DNA of 64,000 nucleotides from an uncultured Gemmatimonadales bacterium (GTDB lineage: Bacteria > Gemmatimonadota > Gemmatimonadetes > Palauibacterales > Palauibacteraceae), in assembly GCA_963783385.1 (NCBI GenBank), contig CAWANJ010000003.1, positions 353,448-417,447 of the forward strand. Reading direction: 5' to 3'. The notes beneath the pieces are model-generated. The model did not search any database. It was not told the origin of the DNA and saw nothing but the letters and a program-made list of their open reading frames with translations. Made by a program: the position numbers and the translations under genes. Positions 39,680 through 50,713 of this stretch are shown here, piece after piece (the stretch's first letter is position 1; each line of letters begins with the position of its first letter).

Positions 39680-39695
39680 GAAGCCGGGGAGAGCG

Positions 39696-40637
39696 ATGAT
39701 CTACCTGGTGGCCCTGCTCGCCGCGACGTCGGTCGGCCTGCTCGTGTGGGCCGTGGCCAGCGTGCCCTCGGGGCAGACGCGCGTCCTGCGCCGGCGGCTG
39801 GAGGAGCTGCGGGCCGGCGAGGCCTCCTACCACGACCTCCGGGAGCGCCGCCGCCGTCAGGCCAAGCGCGAGCGGCTCGAGACCCTGCTGGAGGCCGTGG
39901 GCGAGCGCATGGGCGGCGCGGAGGGGCAGCGGCGCCAGACGATGCGCGGCCTGCTGCGCTACGCCGGCTTCCGGCGGCCCAACGCCCTCCTCATCTTCCT
40001 GGCCGCACGCCTTCTCCTGGCGGGAGGATTCGGAGCGGGCGCCCTGTTCCTGGCCGCCGTGTTCCCGCTGACGGCCCTGCAGCGGCTCCTCCTCCTGGCG
40101 TTCGGCATCCTGCTGGGGTGGATGGGTCCCCTGCTGTTCGTGAGCCAGCGCAAGAAGGCGCGGCAGCGGGAGCTGCAGCGCGCCCTGCCGGACGCCCTCG
40201 ACCTCATGGTGGTGTGCGTGGAGGCGGGACTGGGCCTCAACCAGGCCCTGCAGCGGGTGGCGCAGGAGATGGACCGGGTGAGCCCGGACATGAGCGACGA
40301 GATCACGCTGGCCACCCTGGAGATCCGGGCCGGCACGCCGCGCGAGGAGGCGCTCCGCAACCTGGCGGACCGCAACGGGCTCGACGACATCCGGTCGCTG
40401 ACCGGCATGCTCATCCAGACCGACCGGTTCGGCACCTCGATCGCCCAGGCGCTGCGCGTGCACGCGGAGTCCCTGCGCGACAAGCGCCGCCAGACGGCGG
40501 AGGAGACCGCCGCCAAGACGAGCGTCAAGATGCTGTTCCCGCTCGTGTTCTTCGTGTTCCCGGCCATCTTCATCGTCCTCCTGGGGCCGTCGGTGTTCCG
40601 CCTGCGCGACCTGTTCGGCGGGCTGGGCGGGCCGTGA
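39696..40637 (+). CDS. tadC: TadC inner-membrane platform protein
   Basis: [39 protein letters not shown]. Confidence 0.93.
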   Translation: MIYLVALLAATSVGLLVWAVASVPSGQTRVLRRRLEELRAGEASYHDLRERRRRQAKRERLETLLEAVGERMGGAEGQRRQTMRGLLRYAGFRRPNALLIFLAARLLLAGGFGAGALFLAAVFPLTALQRLLLLAFGILLGWMGPLLFVSQRKKARQRELQRALPDALDLMVVCVEAGLGLNQALQRVAQEMDRVSPDMSDEITLATLEIRAGTPREEALRNLADRNGLDDIRSLTGMLIQTDRFGTSIAQALRVHAESLRDKRRQTAEETAAKTSVKMLFPLVFFVFPAIFIVLLGPSVFRLRDLFGGLGGP

Positions 40638-40981
40638 GGCGGGTGGCCGTGGCGAACCCGGCGCGGGGCGCGAGCCTGGGCGACCGGGTGGAGGTGGCCG
40701 ACGGGTTCTGGACCCGGCTGCGCGGCCTCCTGGGTCGCGGCGGCCTGGAGGCGGGCGGCGGCCTCCTGCTGACCCCCTGCCGGGGGGTCCACATGCTGGG
40801 GATGCGGTTCCCGCTGGACGTCCTCCTCCTGGACGGCGGACGGCGGGTGGTGGGGGTGTACCGGGAGCTGGCGCCCGGAAAGCGGACGCGGCTGCACGGG
40901 GAGGCGCGCCACGCGCTCGAGCTCCCCGCCGGGACGATCGAGCGCACGGGGACCCGCGAGGGAGACGAGCTCACATGGTGA
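40634..40981 (+). CDS. DUF192-family protein
   Basis: [38 protein letters not shown]; GTG overlaps the tadC stop. Confidence 0.85.
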   Translation: MRRVAVANPARGASLGDRVEVADGFWTRLRGLLGRGGLEAGGGLLLTPCRGVHMLGMRFPLDVLLLDGGRRVVGVYRELAPGKRTRLHGEARHALELPAGTIERTGTREGDELTW

Positions 40982-42408
40982 TCAGGGCGGAGGGCACGGT
41001 GGACGACGCGTTCGGGGCCGACGAATACGTCGAGCCCGAAGGGAAGGGCGGCATCCCGCCGGTCCCGACGACGCTGGAGGAGACGGGGCTGGACGAGTCC
41101 TTCCTCCTGGACCTCGTGCTGCGCACCCTGTACCGGCACGGGGCCATGGGCGGCGAGCGGCTGGAGCGGATGCTCCGGCTGCCCTACTCGCTGCTGGACG
41201 ACCCGCTCCTCACCCTGCAGCAGCGCCGCCTGGTCGAGGTGCGGGGCACGCAGGGGCACGGGCGCCGGGGCTACGTCTACGACGTCACGGGCGAGGGCCG
41301 AGACCGCGCCCGCGAGCTCATGCAGACCTCGGGCTACGTGGGACCGGCCCCGGTGACCATGGAGAGCTACCGGGAGTGGATGTACGCCCAGTCGGTGCGC
41401 ACGGCGCGGGTCAGCCGCGACCAGGTGCGCAAGGGCACGGAGCACCTGGTGCTGGATCCGGCCTTCCTGGACACCCTGGGCCCGGCCATCAACTCGGGGC
41501 GCTCGATCTTCCTGTACGGCAGCTCGGGCAACGGCAAGACCGTGATCGCCGAGGCCGTGGCGCGGCTCATCGGGGGGACGATCTTCATCCCGCACGCCGT
41601 GCGCATGGACGGGCACGTGGTGCAGGTGTTCGACCCCACCGTGCACCGCGTGGTCGAGGACGCGTGGGACGACCAGGGCTACGAGGACTTCCAGGGCGAG
41701 TCGGACGAGAAGCCGACCTTCGTGCGCGCCCCCGCCTACCACGACCCGCGCTTCGTGGAGATCGAGCGCCCCGTGGTGGTGGTGGGCGGCGAGCTCACCC
41801 TGGAGCAGCTCGAGCTGCAGCAGGACCCGGTCACCGGCGTGTTCCGGGCGCCGCCCCAGGTGAAGGCCAACGGCGGGGTGCTGGTGATCGACGACTTCGG
41901 GCGCCAGCGGGTGCGGCCCCGGGACCTCCTCAACCGGTGGATGTATCCGCTGGAGCGGCACGTGGACTTCCTCAACCTGCCCACCGGGCAGAAGCTGGGG
42001 GTCCCGTTCGAGTGCCTCCTCATCTTCGCCACCAACCTCAACCCGGCGGACCTGGTCGAGGAGGCGTTCCTGCGGCGGATCCGCTACAAGATCCTGGTCG
42101 AGAATCCCACGCGCTCGCAGTACGCCGAGATCCTGGAGCGCTCGTGCGCGGCGGGCGGCGTCGACTACGTGCCCGAGGCGCTGGACCAGATCTACGACGA
42201 GTACTACGGGCCGCTGGGCATCGCGCCCCGCAAGTGCCACCCGCGCGACCTGGTCCGCCTGGTGGTGGACATGGCGGGGTACACGGGCGAGTCGCCCACG
42301 CTGTCCCCGGACGCGGTGCGCTGGGCGTGCCGCTCCTACTTCCTGAACGCGGCGCCGGGCGACGAGCGCATGCTCGCCGACGGAGCGGGGGTCGGCCATG
42401 CCGGATGA
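40975..42408 (+). CDS. AAA+ ATPase with N-terminal winged-helix-like region
   Basis: Walker A GSSGNGKT, Walker B VLVIDDFG, FATNL, AFLRRI. Confidence 0.85.
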   Translation: MVIRAEGTVDDAFGADEYVEPEGKGGIPPVPTTLEETGLDESFLLDLVLRTLYRHGAMGGERLERMLRLPYSLLDDPLLTLQQRRLVEVRGTQGHGRRGYVYDVTGEGRDRARELMQTSGYVGPAPVTMESYREWMYAQSVRTARVSRDQVRKGTEHLVLDPAFLDTLGPAINSGRSIFLYGSSGNGKTVIAEAVARLIGGTIFIPHAVRMDGHVVQVFDPTVHRVVEDAWDDQGYEDFQGESDEKPTFVRAPAYHDPRFVEIERPVVVVGGELTLEQLELQQDPVTGVFRAPPQVKANGGVLVIDDFGRQRVRPRDLLNRWMYPLERHVDFLNLPTGQKLGVPFECLLIFATNLNPADLVEEAFLRRIRYKILVENPTRSQYAEILERSCAAGGVDYVPEALDQIYDEYYGPLGIAPRKCHPRDLVRLVVDMAGYTGESPTLSPDAVRWACRSYFLNAAPGDERMLADGAGVGHAG

Positions 42409-44091
42409 CCCGCGTCCCGGCTCGTGGCAGGAGCGCGCCCGCGACCTCCCGTTCCGCGGACCCCTGAACCGCGACGAGGAGGAGCAGCTTTCGCTGCGCC
42501 CCGTGCGCCACGAGGCCGACGTGCGCCCGCTCCACCCCGAGGTCGCGCACCCCGAGGAGCCCGACGACCGGGACGTCCGCGACGCCGGACCCGAGCCCTC
42601 GAGCCCCGGCGGCGGATCGGAGCCGCCCTCCGCCGGGGGGAGCTCGACATCCTGGAGACGGGGCTCGAGGAGCTCCGCCGGGAGGCGGTGCGCCTGGGCC
42701 GCGAGGACGCCGAGGCGGGCGTGCCGGAGCCGGACGTGACCGGTAGCCCCGAGTCCGAGCGCCACCTGGTCCAGCGCGCCCGGGCCCTGTTCGCGCACTG
42801 GCGCGCCCAGGAGCACCGCCGCCTGGACGAGCTCCTGGGCGAGATCGAGGGGCACGTGGGCTCGGTGCAGGCCAAGGCGGCCCTCACCATCGACCGGTTC
42901 GAGCGGGTCACCAACGAGCTCATCCGCCTCAAGGCCCGCATGTCCAAGCGCCGCTGGGAGGTGAGCGAGGAGCTGAGCGCCGAGAAGGAGGTGCGCTCGG
43001 AGGGGCTGTCGACCCGGGTGTACGTGGGGGCGATCGCCTTCCTGGGCTCGGTGGAGTTCTTCGCCAACGCGCCCGTGTTCTCGGCCCTCCTGCCGCGCGA
43101 TCCGCTCTCCGACCGCCAGATGCGGCTGGTGACCGAGACCTCGCAGGGATGGCTGGCGGGGGCGGAGCGGGTCATGGCCCACATCCTGTTCCGTCCCGAC
43201 GCGGCCCTGCTGGCCGCCGGCGTGGTCACCTTCCTGTGTGTGCTGGCCCACTTCTTCGGGCACTCGCTCCGCGACCTGGTCGTCAAGCGCGACCGGCGGG
43301 TGCGGCGCGAGGCGGTGGCGGTCAAGTCGCCGCTCGAGAACGTGATCCCGATGGTGCTGACCGGGATCGGGCTGGCCCTGGTGCTCAGCGTGCTGTTCGA
43401 GGCGCGCATGACCCTGGGGCAGGTAGGCCACACGCAGTACACGCAGGACATGGCGTCCGTGCAGGACCTCCGCCGGCAGGCGGCGCTCATGCGCTCGGAC
43501 GGGGACCTCCTGGCCGCCAACCAGAAGACGAACCAGGCCGACGACATGCAGCAGGCGGCGGAGGACCTGAGGGACTACGCGGCCTCCATGAGCCGCATGA
43601 GCTTCCCGATCCTCCTCCTCAACACGACGCTGGTGCTGTGCGCGCTGTCGGCGGCCTACTTCCACCGACGGGACGCGCGCCGCGAGCGGTTCGACGACGC
43701 CCCCTACGAGGACGAGCGCCACGCGCTGGTCGACAAGGGCGAGGGACTGGCCGAGCAGGCGTCCGAGCTGCTGGCCGACCTGGGCCGCTCGGTGCGCAGG
43801 CTGAGGAGCCGGGTGCGGAGCCGCACCGCCGAGGACTGGCGGTCCGCGGCCCATCACCTGGAGGCGACGGTGGCCCTGTACCGGACCGAGAACGGGCGGG
43901 CCCGCGGGCTGGACCCGCGCACGCTGCCCGCCTTCGCCGAGCCGGTCTCTCTGGGGATCGACCCCGAGGAGGCGGCCCTGGAGATGGGGCGCATGGTGTC
44001 CATAGAAGACCACGAGGCCGAGCGCGACCGCCTGGGACAGAGGTTCCAGGCGGCGCGCGCACGCTTCCTGGAGGAGGCGCTGGCAGGGTGA
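42398..44091 (+). CDS. Inner-membrane coiled-coil protein, about 4 TM (frameshift near 42590)
   Basis: ATG 42398 overlaps the ATPase end; body in ORF 42424..44091; four hydrophobic segments flanked by long charged helices. Confidence 0.65.
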
Positions 44092-44948
44092 GGCAGCCGC
44101 ACCCCCAGCGGGTCCGACGGGGCTGGCGAGGCCCGGCGACGGCTGCCGTCCCCAACGCCACCACGCCCCTCCTCCGCCTCCTGCTTCTCGTCCCCTTCCT
44201 GGCCGCCGCCTGCGGCGGCGGGAAGGAGTCGGGAGCGGGAGCCACCGCCGGCGGCCAGGCGGCCGCGGCCCACCAGCCGCAGCTGTTGGTGTTCGTGTTC
44301 GACCGCTCCGGGAGCATCCCGGACTACAAGCTCGACCTGGCCCGGCAGCTCACCGACCGGCGCATCGGCCAGCTCACCTTCGGCGACCGGATCGCGGCGC
44401 TCGAGGTGCTGCAGCTGTCGCTGTCCGAGCCGCCCAGGCGCTGGTCGCAGCCGGTGCCCGACGCGGAGTTCCCGGGCCAGAACATGCAGCGCGACTCGCT
44501 GTCGCGGGTGCGCTTCCTCAAGGACGCGTCGGACTACCTGCGGGCGTTCAGCGACACCGCGGGGCGCAAGAGCATCGCCGGGACGGACCTGCTGTCCACC
44601 CTGCACGACGTGGCCTCGGAGGTGAGGGCGTGGCCGGACGACCAGGCCACCATCTACCTGTTCTCGGACATGATGCAGGCCAACCGGCAGGTGAACATGG
44701 AGTCGGGACCCGTGCCGGGCCCCGGGTGGGTCAAGCGGGAGGCCGCGGCCGGGAAGCTCCCCGACCTGGGCGGCGCCTGCGTCATGGTGGCGGGGGCCCG
44801 CACGGACACGGACCTCTCCCAGCGCGTCAAGGCCTTCTGGGAGGCTTACTTCAAGGCCACGAACGCCGTGCTGCTGGACCGAAACTACACGCTGCGGCCC
44901 GTGCGGCTGCCCGAACATCCCTGCCAGGGCGCCGGCGGTCCGGCCTGA
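44088..44948 (+). CDS. vWA-like (MIDAS) lipoprotein
   Basis: LLLLVPFLAAAC lipobox; FVFDRSGS (DxSxS), TDLLSTL, LFSDM. Confidence 0.7.
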   Translation: MRQPHPQRVRRGWRGPATAAVPNATTPLLRLLLLVPFLAAACGGGKESGAGATAGGQAAAAHQPQLLVFVFDRSGSIPDYKLDLARQLTDRRIGQLTFGDRIAALEVLQLSLSEPPRRWSQPVPDAEFPGQNMQRDSLSRVRFLKDASDYLRAFSDTAGRKSIAGTDLLSTLHDVASEVRAWPDDQATIYLFSDMMQANRQVNMESGPVPGPGWVKREAAAGKLPDLGGACVMVAGARTDTDLSQRVKAFWEAYFKATNAVLLDRNYTLRPVRLPEHPCQGAGGPA

Positions 44949-45004
44949 GGCCGGCGGTCCCCGCGGCGCGACCGATCGCTCAACCCGAGTTCAAGGAGGA
45001 TCCC

Positions 45005-45662
45005 GTGCGCTCTTCGTGTTCGATCCCGGCCGGCCTCGCAGCCGCCCTCGCTCTCCTGTCGCTGGCGCCCGCGGGCGCGGCCGCCCAGGAGCTGGCCCCC
45101 TCGTTCAACGCCCAGGTGCACGCCGGCGTGGCCGTGCCCGCCGGCGGCATGTACAAGATCACCAGCGCCGGGCCCTCGCTGGGCGCGGGCGTGCTGTACC
45201 GCTTCCTGCCCAACTTCGGGGTGCGGGCCGACTTCACGGCCGACCTCATGGACGGGAACCAGGACAGCTTCGGGAACCAGTTCCCGTCCATGAAGCTGTT
45301 CCACATCACCGCCGGCATGCAGGCCGACCTGCCGCGGCCCCACTGGCAGGACGTGCCGCTCACCACGACCGTGAACCTGGGCGCGGGCCTCACGATCATG
45401 GATGCCAACCAGAACGACGTGCCGGGACCGGTGGGGGCGTTCTCGAAGACCTTCTTCGCGGCCACGGGCGGGGTGCAGGTGGGCTACCAGTTCACCGACC
45501 GCTTCAACCTGTACGCCTCGGGCCAGGCCTACCTGACCTTCGGCAAGCGCGCCGACCTGCACGCTGTTCGCGGACCACTCGCCCGAGGTGGACTCGTTCC
45601 GGAACGTGTGGGACTTCCCCTTCTCGCTCGGGGCCCGCTTCACCTTCCCCACGGGGGAGTAG
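45005..45662 (+). CDS. Outer-membrane beta-barrel protein (frameshift near 45560)
   Basis: AGGAGG RBS, GTG, signal peptide ..AGAAAQ; amphipathic strands; shifted frame gives ..FPFSLGARFTFPTGE-stop. Confidence 0.65.
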
Positions 45663-45681
45663 CCGGCCAGCCTCCCTCCCC

Positions 45682-46605
45682 TCACGAACCCGAGCCGCCG
45701 CTCCCGGACTTCGGGGTCGGCGGGGAGACCGGGAGGCCCGGCGCCGCCGGCCGCGGCTCCGGCAGGCGGGGCGCGTACGGGATCGGCGGGCGGGTGCGGC
45801 CCGCGCCCGGCGCCTGCCCCCGCTCGCCGTGCTCCCCGCGGCCGCCCCGGCCGACGCGCCCCGGCCCCCGGACGCCGGGGAGGAGCCACACTCCGTACGG
45901 CGGCTCGAAGTAGGAGCCGTACCCGGGCCACGGCGGCGCCGGGGGACGCCCGGCCGCCGACCCGGCGCCCGCGGCTGCGGCCGCGGCGTCCCCCGGCGCG
46001 GCCCGGTCCGCCGCCTCCTCGGCCGGCGTCCGCCCGTTCCGCCCGTCCGCGTTCCCGCTCCCCGAGCCCCGCACCACCACGACCCCGGCCTCGGAGGTGG
46101 GCGACACGACCTCCGGCGGCCCCGCCGTGGGATGCGCGAAGCCGGGCCCCCGTCCGCCCGCGGCCACCACGGTCTCGACCACGCGCGGCTCCAGGCCGAG
46201 CGCCACCACCGTGGCGTAGGAGGGGCAGCCGCAGGCCGGGAGGCCGCGGTCCCGCTGGAAGGCCGACAGGGCCGAGCGGGTGGCCCCGTCCAGGGCGCCG
46301 CTCCGCACGCCCGGGTCCCGGCCGGCGCGGGCCAGGGCGCGCTGCAGCGACAGGACCTCGGAGGTGGTGAGCCCCGCGACGGTGCGGCGCGCGCGCCGCC
46401 CGGTGGCCGGGTCGAAGCGCTCGACGACCGGGATGGAGGCGGGGGCCGCGGCCCCCGCGCCCGGCGCCGCGACGGCCCCCTGCGCGGCCGCTCCGCCCGT
46501 CCAGGCCAGGGCGAGGGCGGCCGCGAGGGCCAGGATCCGGCCGTAGGAAATCCCGTCGGTCCGAAGGGGTCCGCCGGCCGCGCGCGCCGGAACGAGTCGG
46601 TCCAT
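45682..46605 (-). CDS. Secreted peptidoglycan-binding domain protein with Pro/Gly-rich tail
   Basis: Signal peptide; EVLSLQRAL..G.DPG..SGALD.ATRSALSAFQRDRGL (PG_binding_1 pattern). Confidence 0.75.
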   Translation of the reverse strand: MDRLVPARAAGGPLRTDGISYGRILALAAALALAWTGGAAAQGAVAAPGAGAAAPASIPVVERFDPATGRRARRTVAGLTTSEVLSLQRALARAGRDPGVRSGALDGATRSALSAFQRDRGLPACGCPSYATVVALGLEPRVVETVVAAGGRGPGFAHPTAGPPEVVSPTSEAGVVVVRGSGSGNADGRNGRTPAEEAADRAAPGDAAAAAAGAGSAAGRPPAPPWPGYGSYFEPPYGVWLLPGVRGPGRVGRGGRGEHGERGQAPGAGRTRPPIPYAPRLPEPRPAAPGLPVSPPTPKSGSGGSGS

Positions 46606-46808
46606 GTCTCGCCTCCTCCTGGGTGCTCCGCGCTCTCCCTACCCCGGGCCGGGGGCCGGCGTGCCGCACCTTCCCCCGGGGCCACGCCCCGATGCCTCCC
46701 GGGGGCCACCCCTTCCCCTCGCCCCCCCGAACTGTGTACAATATCCGGTCGCACGCAACATCGTCGTCACATGTGTCACAACCCGCCGCTTCTCGGAGAG
46801 GAGGCGCC

Positions 46809-47681
46809 GTGGCCCCGTCCCGTTTCGACTCCTACTCGTCGCAGGCCGCTTTCGTCAACGACATCCTCGAGGGAACGGCGGGAGCGCCGCCCCCGGCCGT
46901 GGACTTCCTGGCCGTGTTGCTCGTCGCCGTGGCGACGGCGCTGGTCCTGGTCGGCACGCTCAATATGGCCCGCCTGGCGTGGGTGCCGGCGTTCGGGGCG
47001 GCGCTGGTGGTCCTGCCGTGGCGGAGCTGGAGGGGCGTGACGCTGTTCGGGAGCGTGGGGTCGGGCCTGATCGGACTGGGCGCGATCGTGAGCTTCGGGC
47101 CGCTGGCCCCACTGGGGCAGGTGTCGGCCCTGCTGCTGGCCACCATCGTCATCGCGGCGGCCGAGGCCGTGCGGGTGCACCGCTGGCGCTCCATGCTGCT
47201 GGACCCGATCACCGGGCTTCCCGGGCCGCCCCTCACCCGGGCCATGCTGCGCCACGAGATGGCGGCCGCCCGCCGCGGCCGGCCACTGAGCGTGGTGCTG
47301 CTCGGCTTCTCGGGGCGCACCGACGAGGAGCGCCTGCGCGAGGTCGGGAAGGCGCTCCGCTCCCGCGGGCGCGCCATGGACGTGGTGGGCCGGCTGGGTC
47401 CCGACACCTTCCTGGGCATCCTGCCGACCGAGAGCCCCGAGGGAGCGGCCGTGTTCGCCGACCGCATGCGCGCGGCGGCGGCCTCGGTGCCCTCGCCGGC
47501 CGGCCCCGCGCCGGACCTGGGAGCGGGCATCGCCTTCTTCGAGCGCGACTCCGCGGACGAGGACTCGCTCCTGGAGCGGGCCACCGAGGCCCTGGAGCAG
47601 GCGCGCACCGGGGCGCTGGGCCCCATCCTCCTGTACACGCGCTCGGGCGTGCAGCCGCCGCGGCTCCAGGCGGTGCCCTGA
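46809..47681 (+). CDS. Membrane protein with degenerate GGDEF domain
   Basis: About 4 TM; DPITGLP, R.MDVVGRLGPDTF in place of GGDEF, LLERA.EAL..A. Confidence 0.7.
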   Translation: MAPSRFDSYSSQAAFVNDILEGTAGAPPPAVDFLAVLLVAVATALVLVGTLNMARLAWVPAFGAALVVLPWRSWRGVTLFGSVGSGLIGLGAIVSFGPLAPLGQVSALLLATIVIAAAEAVRVHRWRSMLLDPITGLPGPPLTRAMLRHEMAAARRGRPLSVVLLGFSGRTDEERLREVGKALRSRGRAMDVVGRLGPDTFLGILPTESPEGAAVFADRMRAAAASVPSPAGPAPDLGAGIAFFERDSADEDSLLERATEALEQARTGALGPILLYTRSGVQPPRLQAVP

Positions 47682-47848
47682 GCCGGGCGCAGGGAGGCGT
47701 GCCGGCCATCCGGTGAGGGCCCGTCCCCTTGTGGACGGGCCCTCTCTTTTCCAACATCCCCCTGCCACAGGAGAACCGCCGGAGGCCGGCCGCGCCGTTT
47801 CGGCCGGCCTTCGGCGCTGCCGTTCCCCGCACTACGGAGGCAGCCAGC

Positions 47849-50713
47849 GTGGCGCGCTTTCACCTGAGGACCCTGGGAGGGCTGTCCCTCCACGAGGGCT
47901 CGCCCGACGAGCCCGCCGTCCTGGGTGCATCGAAGTCCCTGGCCGTGCTGGTCTACCTGGCCCGCGCCCCGGGGGGCGCCGCGCTCCGCTCCCACCTCTC
48001 CGAGCTCCTGTGGCCGGGCCTCCCCCGCAAGAAGGCGCGCCGCGCCCTGCGCCAGTGCCTCTACTACCTGACCCAGCGGGCCGGCACCGAGCTGTGGGCG
48101 GCCGACGACGGGCGCCTGTCGCTGGCCGACGGCAAGCTCGAGGTGGACGTGTGGACCCTGGACCGGGCCCTGGAGGAGGAGCGCTGGGCCGACGCGGTGG
48201 AGGTGTACGGCGGCCCGTTCATGGCCGGGTTCGACGGGAAGGCGGGTCTCGAGTTCGAACACTGGGCCGAGGCCCAGCACGAGCGGGTGTGGGCGGGGGT
48301 CAAGGCCGCCTGCCACCGGCTGGTCGAGGAGGCGCTGCAGGGCGAGCCGGCCGACCCCGCGCGCGCCGTGCGCTACGCCGCCCGCTGCGTGGACCTGAAC
48401 CCGCTGGACGAGCGCGCCCAGGAGGCGCTGGTGCGCGTCCCACCTGGCGGCCGGGGACCGGGTGGAGGCCTTCCGCGCCTACGAGGCCTACCGCACCCTG
48501 CTGCGCGAGGAGCTGGGCGAGGTGCCGGGCCCCGAGCTCGCCTACCGCACCGAGGAGATCCGGGCGGCCCTGTTCGGGAAGCACCCGGAGGGCGCGCGCC
48601 GGGCGCCCAAGCGGCGGACGCCGGAGGTGGTGCAGCTTCCGAGGGAGCCCGGCGGAGAAGAGCCCATATGGCCCGGGCAGCCGCACCACGACCTGCGGAC
48701 GGCCGCGGGGACCGGCGCCGAGGGACGGAGCCCGCCGGAGGACGCCGTCATGGCCGGAGGCGGCGCGCCCCCCGGGCCCCCGCCCTCCGGGCCGGCCGCC
48801 GCGGCCCCGGCGTCCCGCGATGCCTTCCCCCCGGGCTGGCGCGGGCTGGCGTGGGGGCTCCTGGGCGCCGCGGCCGCCGTGGTGATCATGACGCTGGGGG
48901 CCGGCTCGCGTCGCACGGAGGCCCGGGCGCGGGAGGCCGATCCCGCGGACGCGGCGGTCCAGCTCCTGGCGGCCCGCACGGGGTCCGACCCCCACGGAGA
49001 GCGCGAGGACTCCGCCTTCCGGGTCACCGTGCCGGCTTCGGGCCCGGCGAGCCTGGAGCCGATCCACCGTCCGCCGCGCACCAACCTCGCCTCGCCCGAC
49101 GGCCGCCGCATCGCCCTGCACCTGCGGGGCCCGCACGGGGCCGACATTGGGGTCCGGGACGCCGAAGGGCCGGTCCGCACGCTGGTGGCCGGGGTTCCGG
49201 ACGAGTGGCCCACGGCGTGGTCCCCCGATGGACGCTACCTGCTGTATTGCTACGGGGCCCGGCTGCGGAACGACAGCCTGTTCGTGGAGCGGCTGGCCGT
49301 GGCCGACGCCCGCACCGGGATGCTCCAGCACTGGCCCGTCCTCCGCCCCGACCTGTCGGTGAAGCAGGGCACCTGGTCGCCCACGGGCACGGCCGTGGCG
49401 TTCATCGGCGTGGTGGGGTCCGATTCGGCCCTGTACGTGGCGGACGCCGACGGGGGCCGCCAGCACCGCGTGTCCGGCGCGACGGGCCCGGACCGGGACC
49501 CCGCCTGGTCCCCCGACGGCCGTCTGCTGGCCTTCGCCTCCCGGAAGGACGACGGGTGGGACCTCTACCTGGTGCGGCCGGACGGGACGGGCCTCCACCG
49601 GCTCACCTTCTCCATGGGGAACGAGACCAGCCCCACGTGGCTGTCGGGCCACGACCTGGCGTACGTGGAGGACCGCGGCGGGGTGAGCGACCTGTGGGCC
49701 GTGGACCTCACCACCCGCCGGGCGCGGCGGCTGAGCGACGTCGGTGACCTGGCGTCGGTGCGGCGCGCCCCGCAGGGCCTGGCCCCGCACCGGGTGGAGT
49801 CGGTGCGCATCGAGCCCCGCTTCCGGACCGTTTCCCCGGGGCAGGCGATGGACCTCCGCGCGAAGGTGGCCGATGCCGGCGGACACGCGGTACTGCCCGC
49901 GGCCGCGCGCCTCCGGTGGAGCTCGAGCGACACGGCGGTGGTGCGGGTGAGCGCGGACGGGAAGGCCCGCGTGGTGGGCCGGGGCGAGGCCGAGCTGGTG
50001 GCCTCGGCCGGTGGATGGCGGGCGGACACGCTGCGGGTGACCTCGGGCGACCTGGCCCGGACCTCCGCGCCCCTGCTGCTGACCGAGGACTGGTCGCGGG
50101 GAATCGACACGGCGCGCTGGGTGGCGTTCGGGGACCCGGACCCGACCGTGGTGTCCGGATCGGGTCCCTCGGGCCACGCCTTCCTGAACAATGGAGACGC
50201 GAACTACGACAGCGGCGTGCTGACCCGGCGAGCCCTGTCGCTCTCCCGCGGCCTGACGCTCGAGTGGTGGGCCAGCCTTCCGATGACGGGCCACCTGTAC
50301 CAGACGTTCAGGATCGGCCTCAGCACCAGCCCGCTGCCCATCCCGGACGACCTTCATCCGCCCGACATGGACGTGCTGGACTTCTCCGCCGATGCGAGGC
50401 CGGCGGTGACCTATGTCCAGAGCCAGCGGGGCTCCGGGAAGCGCGTCCTGCTGTCCCTGCCCGCCCGGCGGGCCGCGTGGCACCGCTACGTCCTGGAGCT
50501 GCGGCCCGACGGCTCGGTGCTCTACCTGGTCGACGGCCGCCTGCGGTGGCGTAGCGCACCCGGCTTCGTGGACCCCCTGCCGAAGGAGGCACGGATCCGG
50601 CTGAGCGGCCGCTCGCTCCAGGCCCGGATCCTGGCCGGCCCGTGCGGGTGTGGCAGGGCCTCCGCTGGGCCCTCCCCCGCGCGGCCACGGAGGGGAGGAT
50701 CGCGAGGCGGTGA
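47849..50713 (+). CDS. SARP/BTAD transcriptional regulator fused via a TM to TolB-like (PD40) propeller, Ig-like and lectin-like domains (frameshifts near 48440 and 50640)
   Basis: LRTLGGLSL, ELLWP..ARRALRQ.LY.L, NPLDERA, L.EELG..PGPE; TM WGLLGAAAAVVIM; repeated WSPDG; WSSSDTAVVRVSADG (Big_2). Confidence 0.75.
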
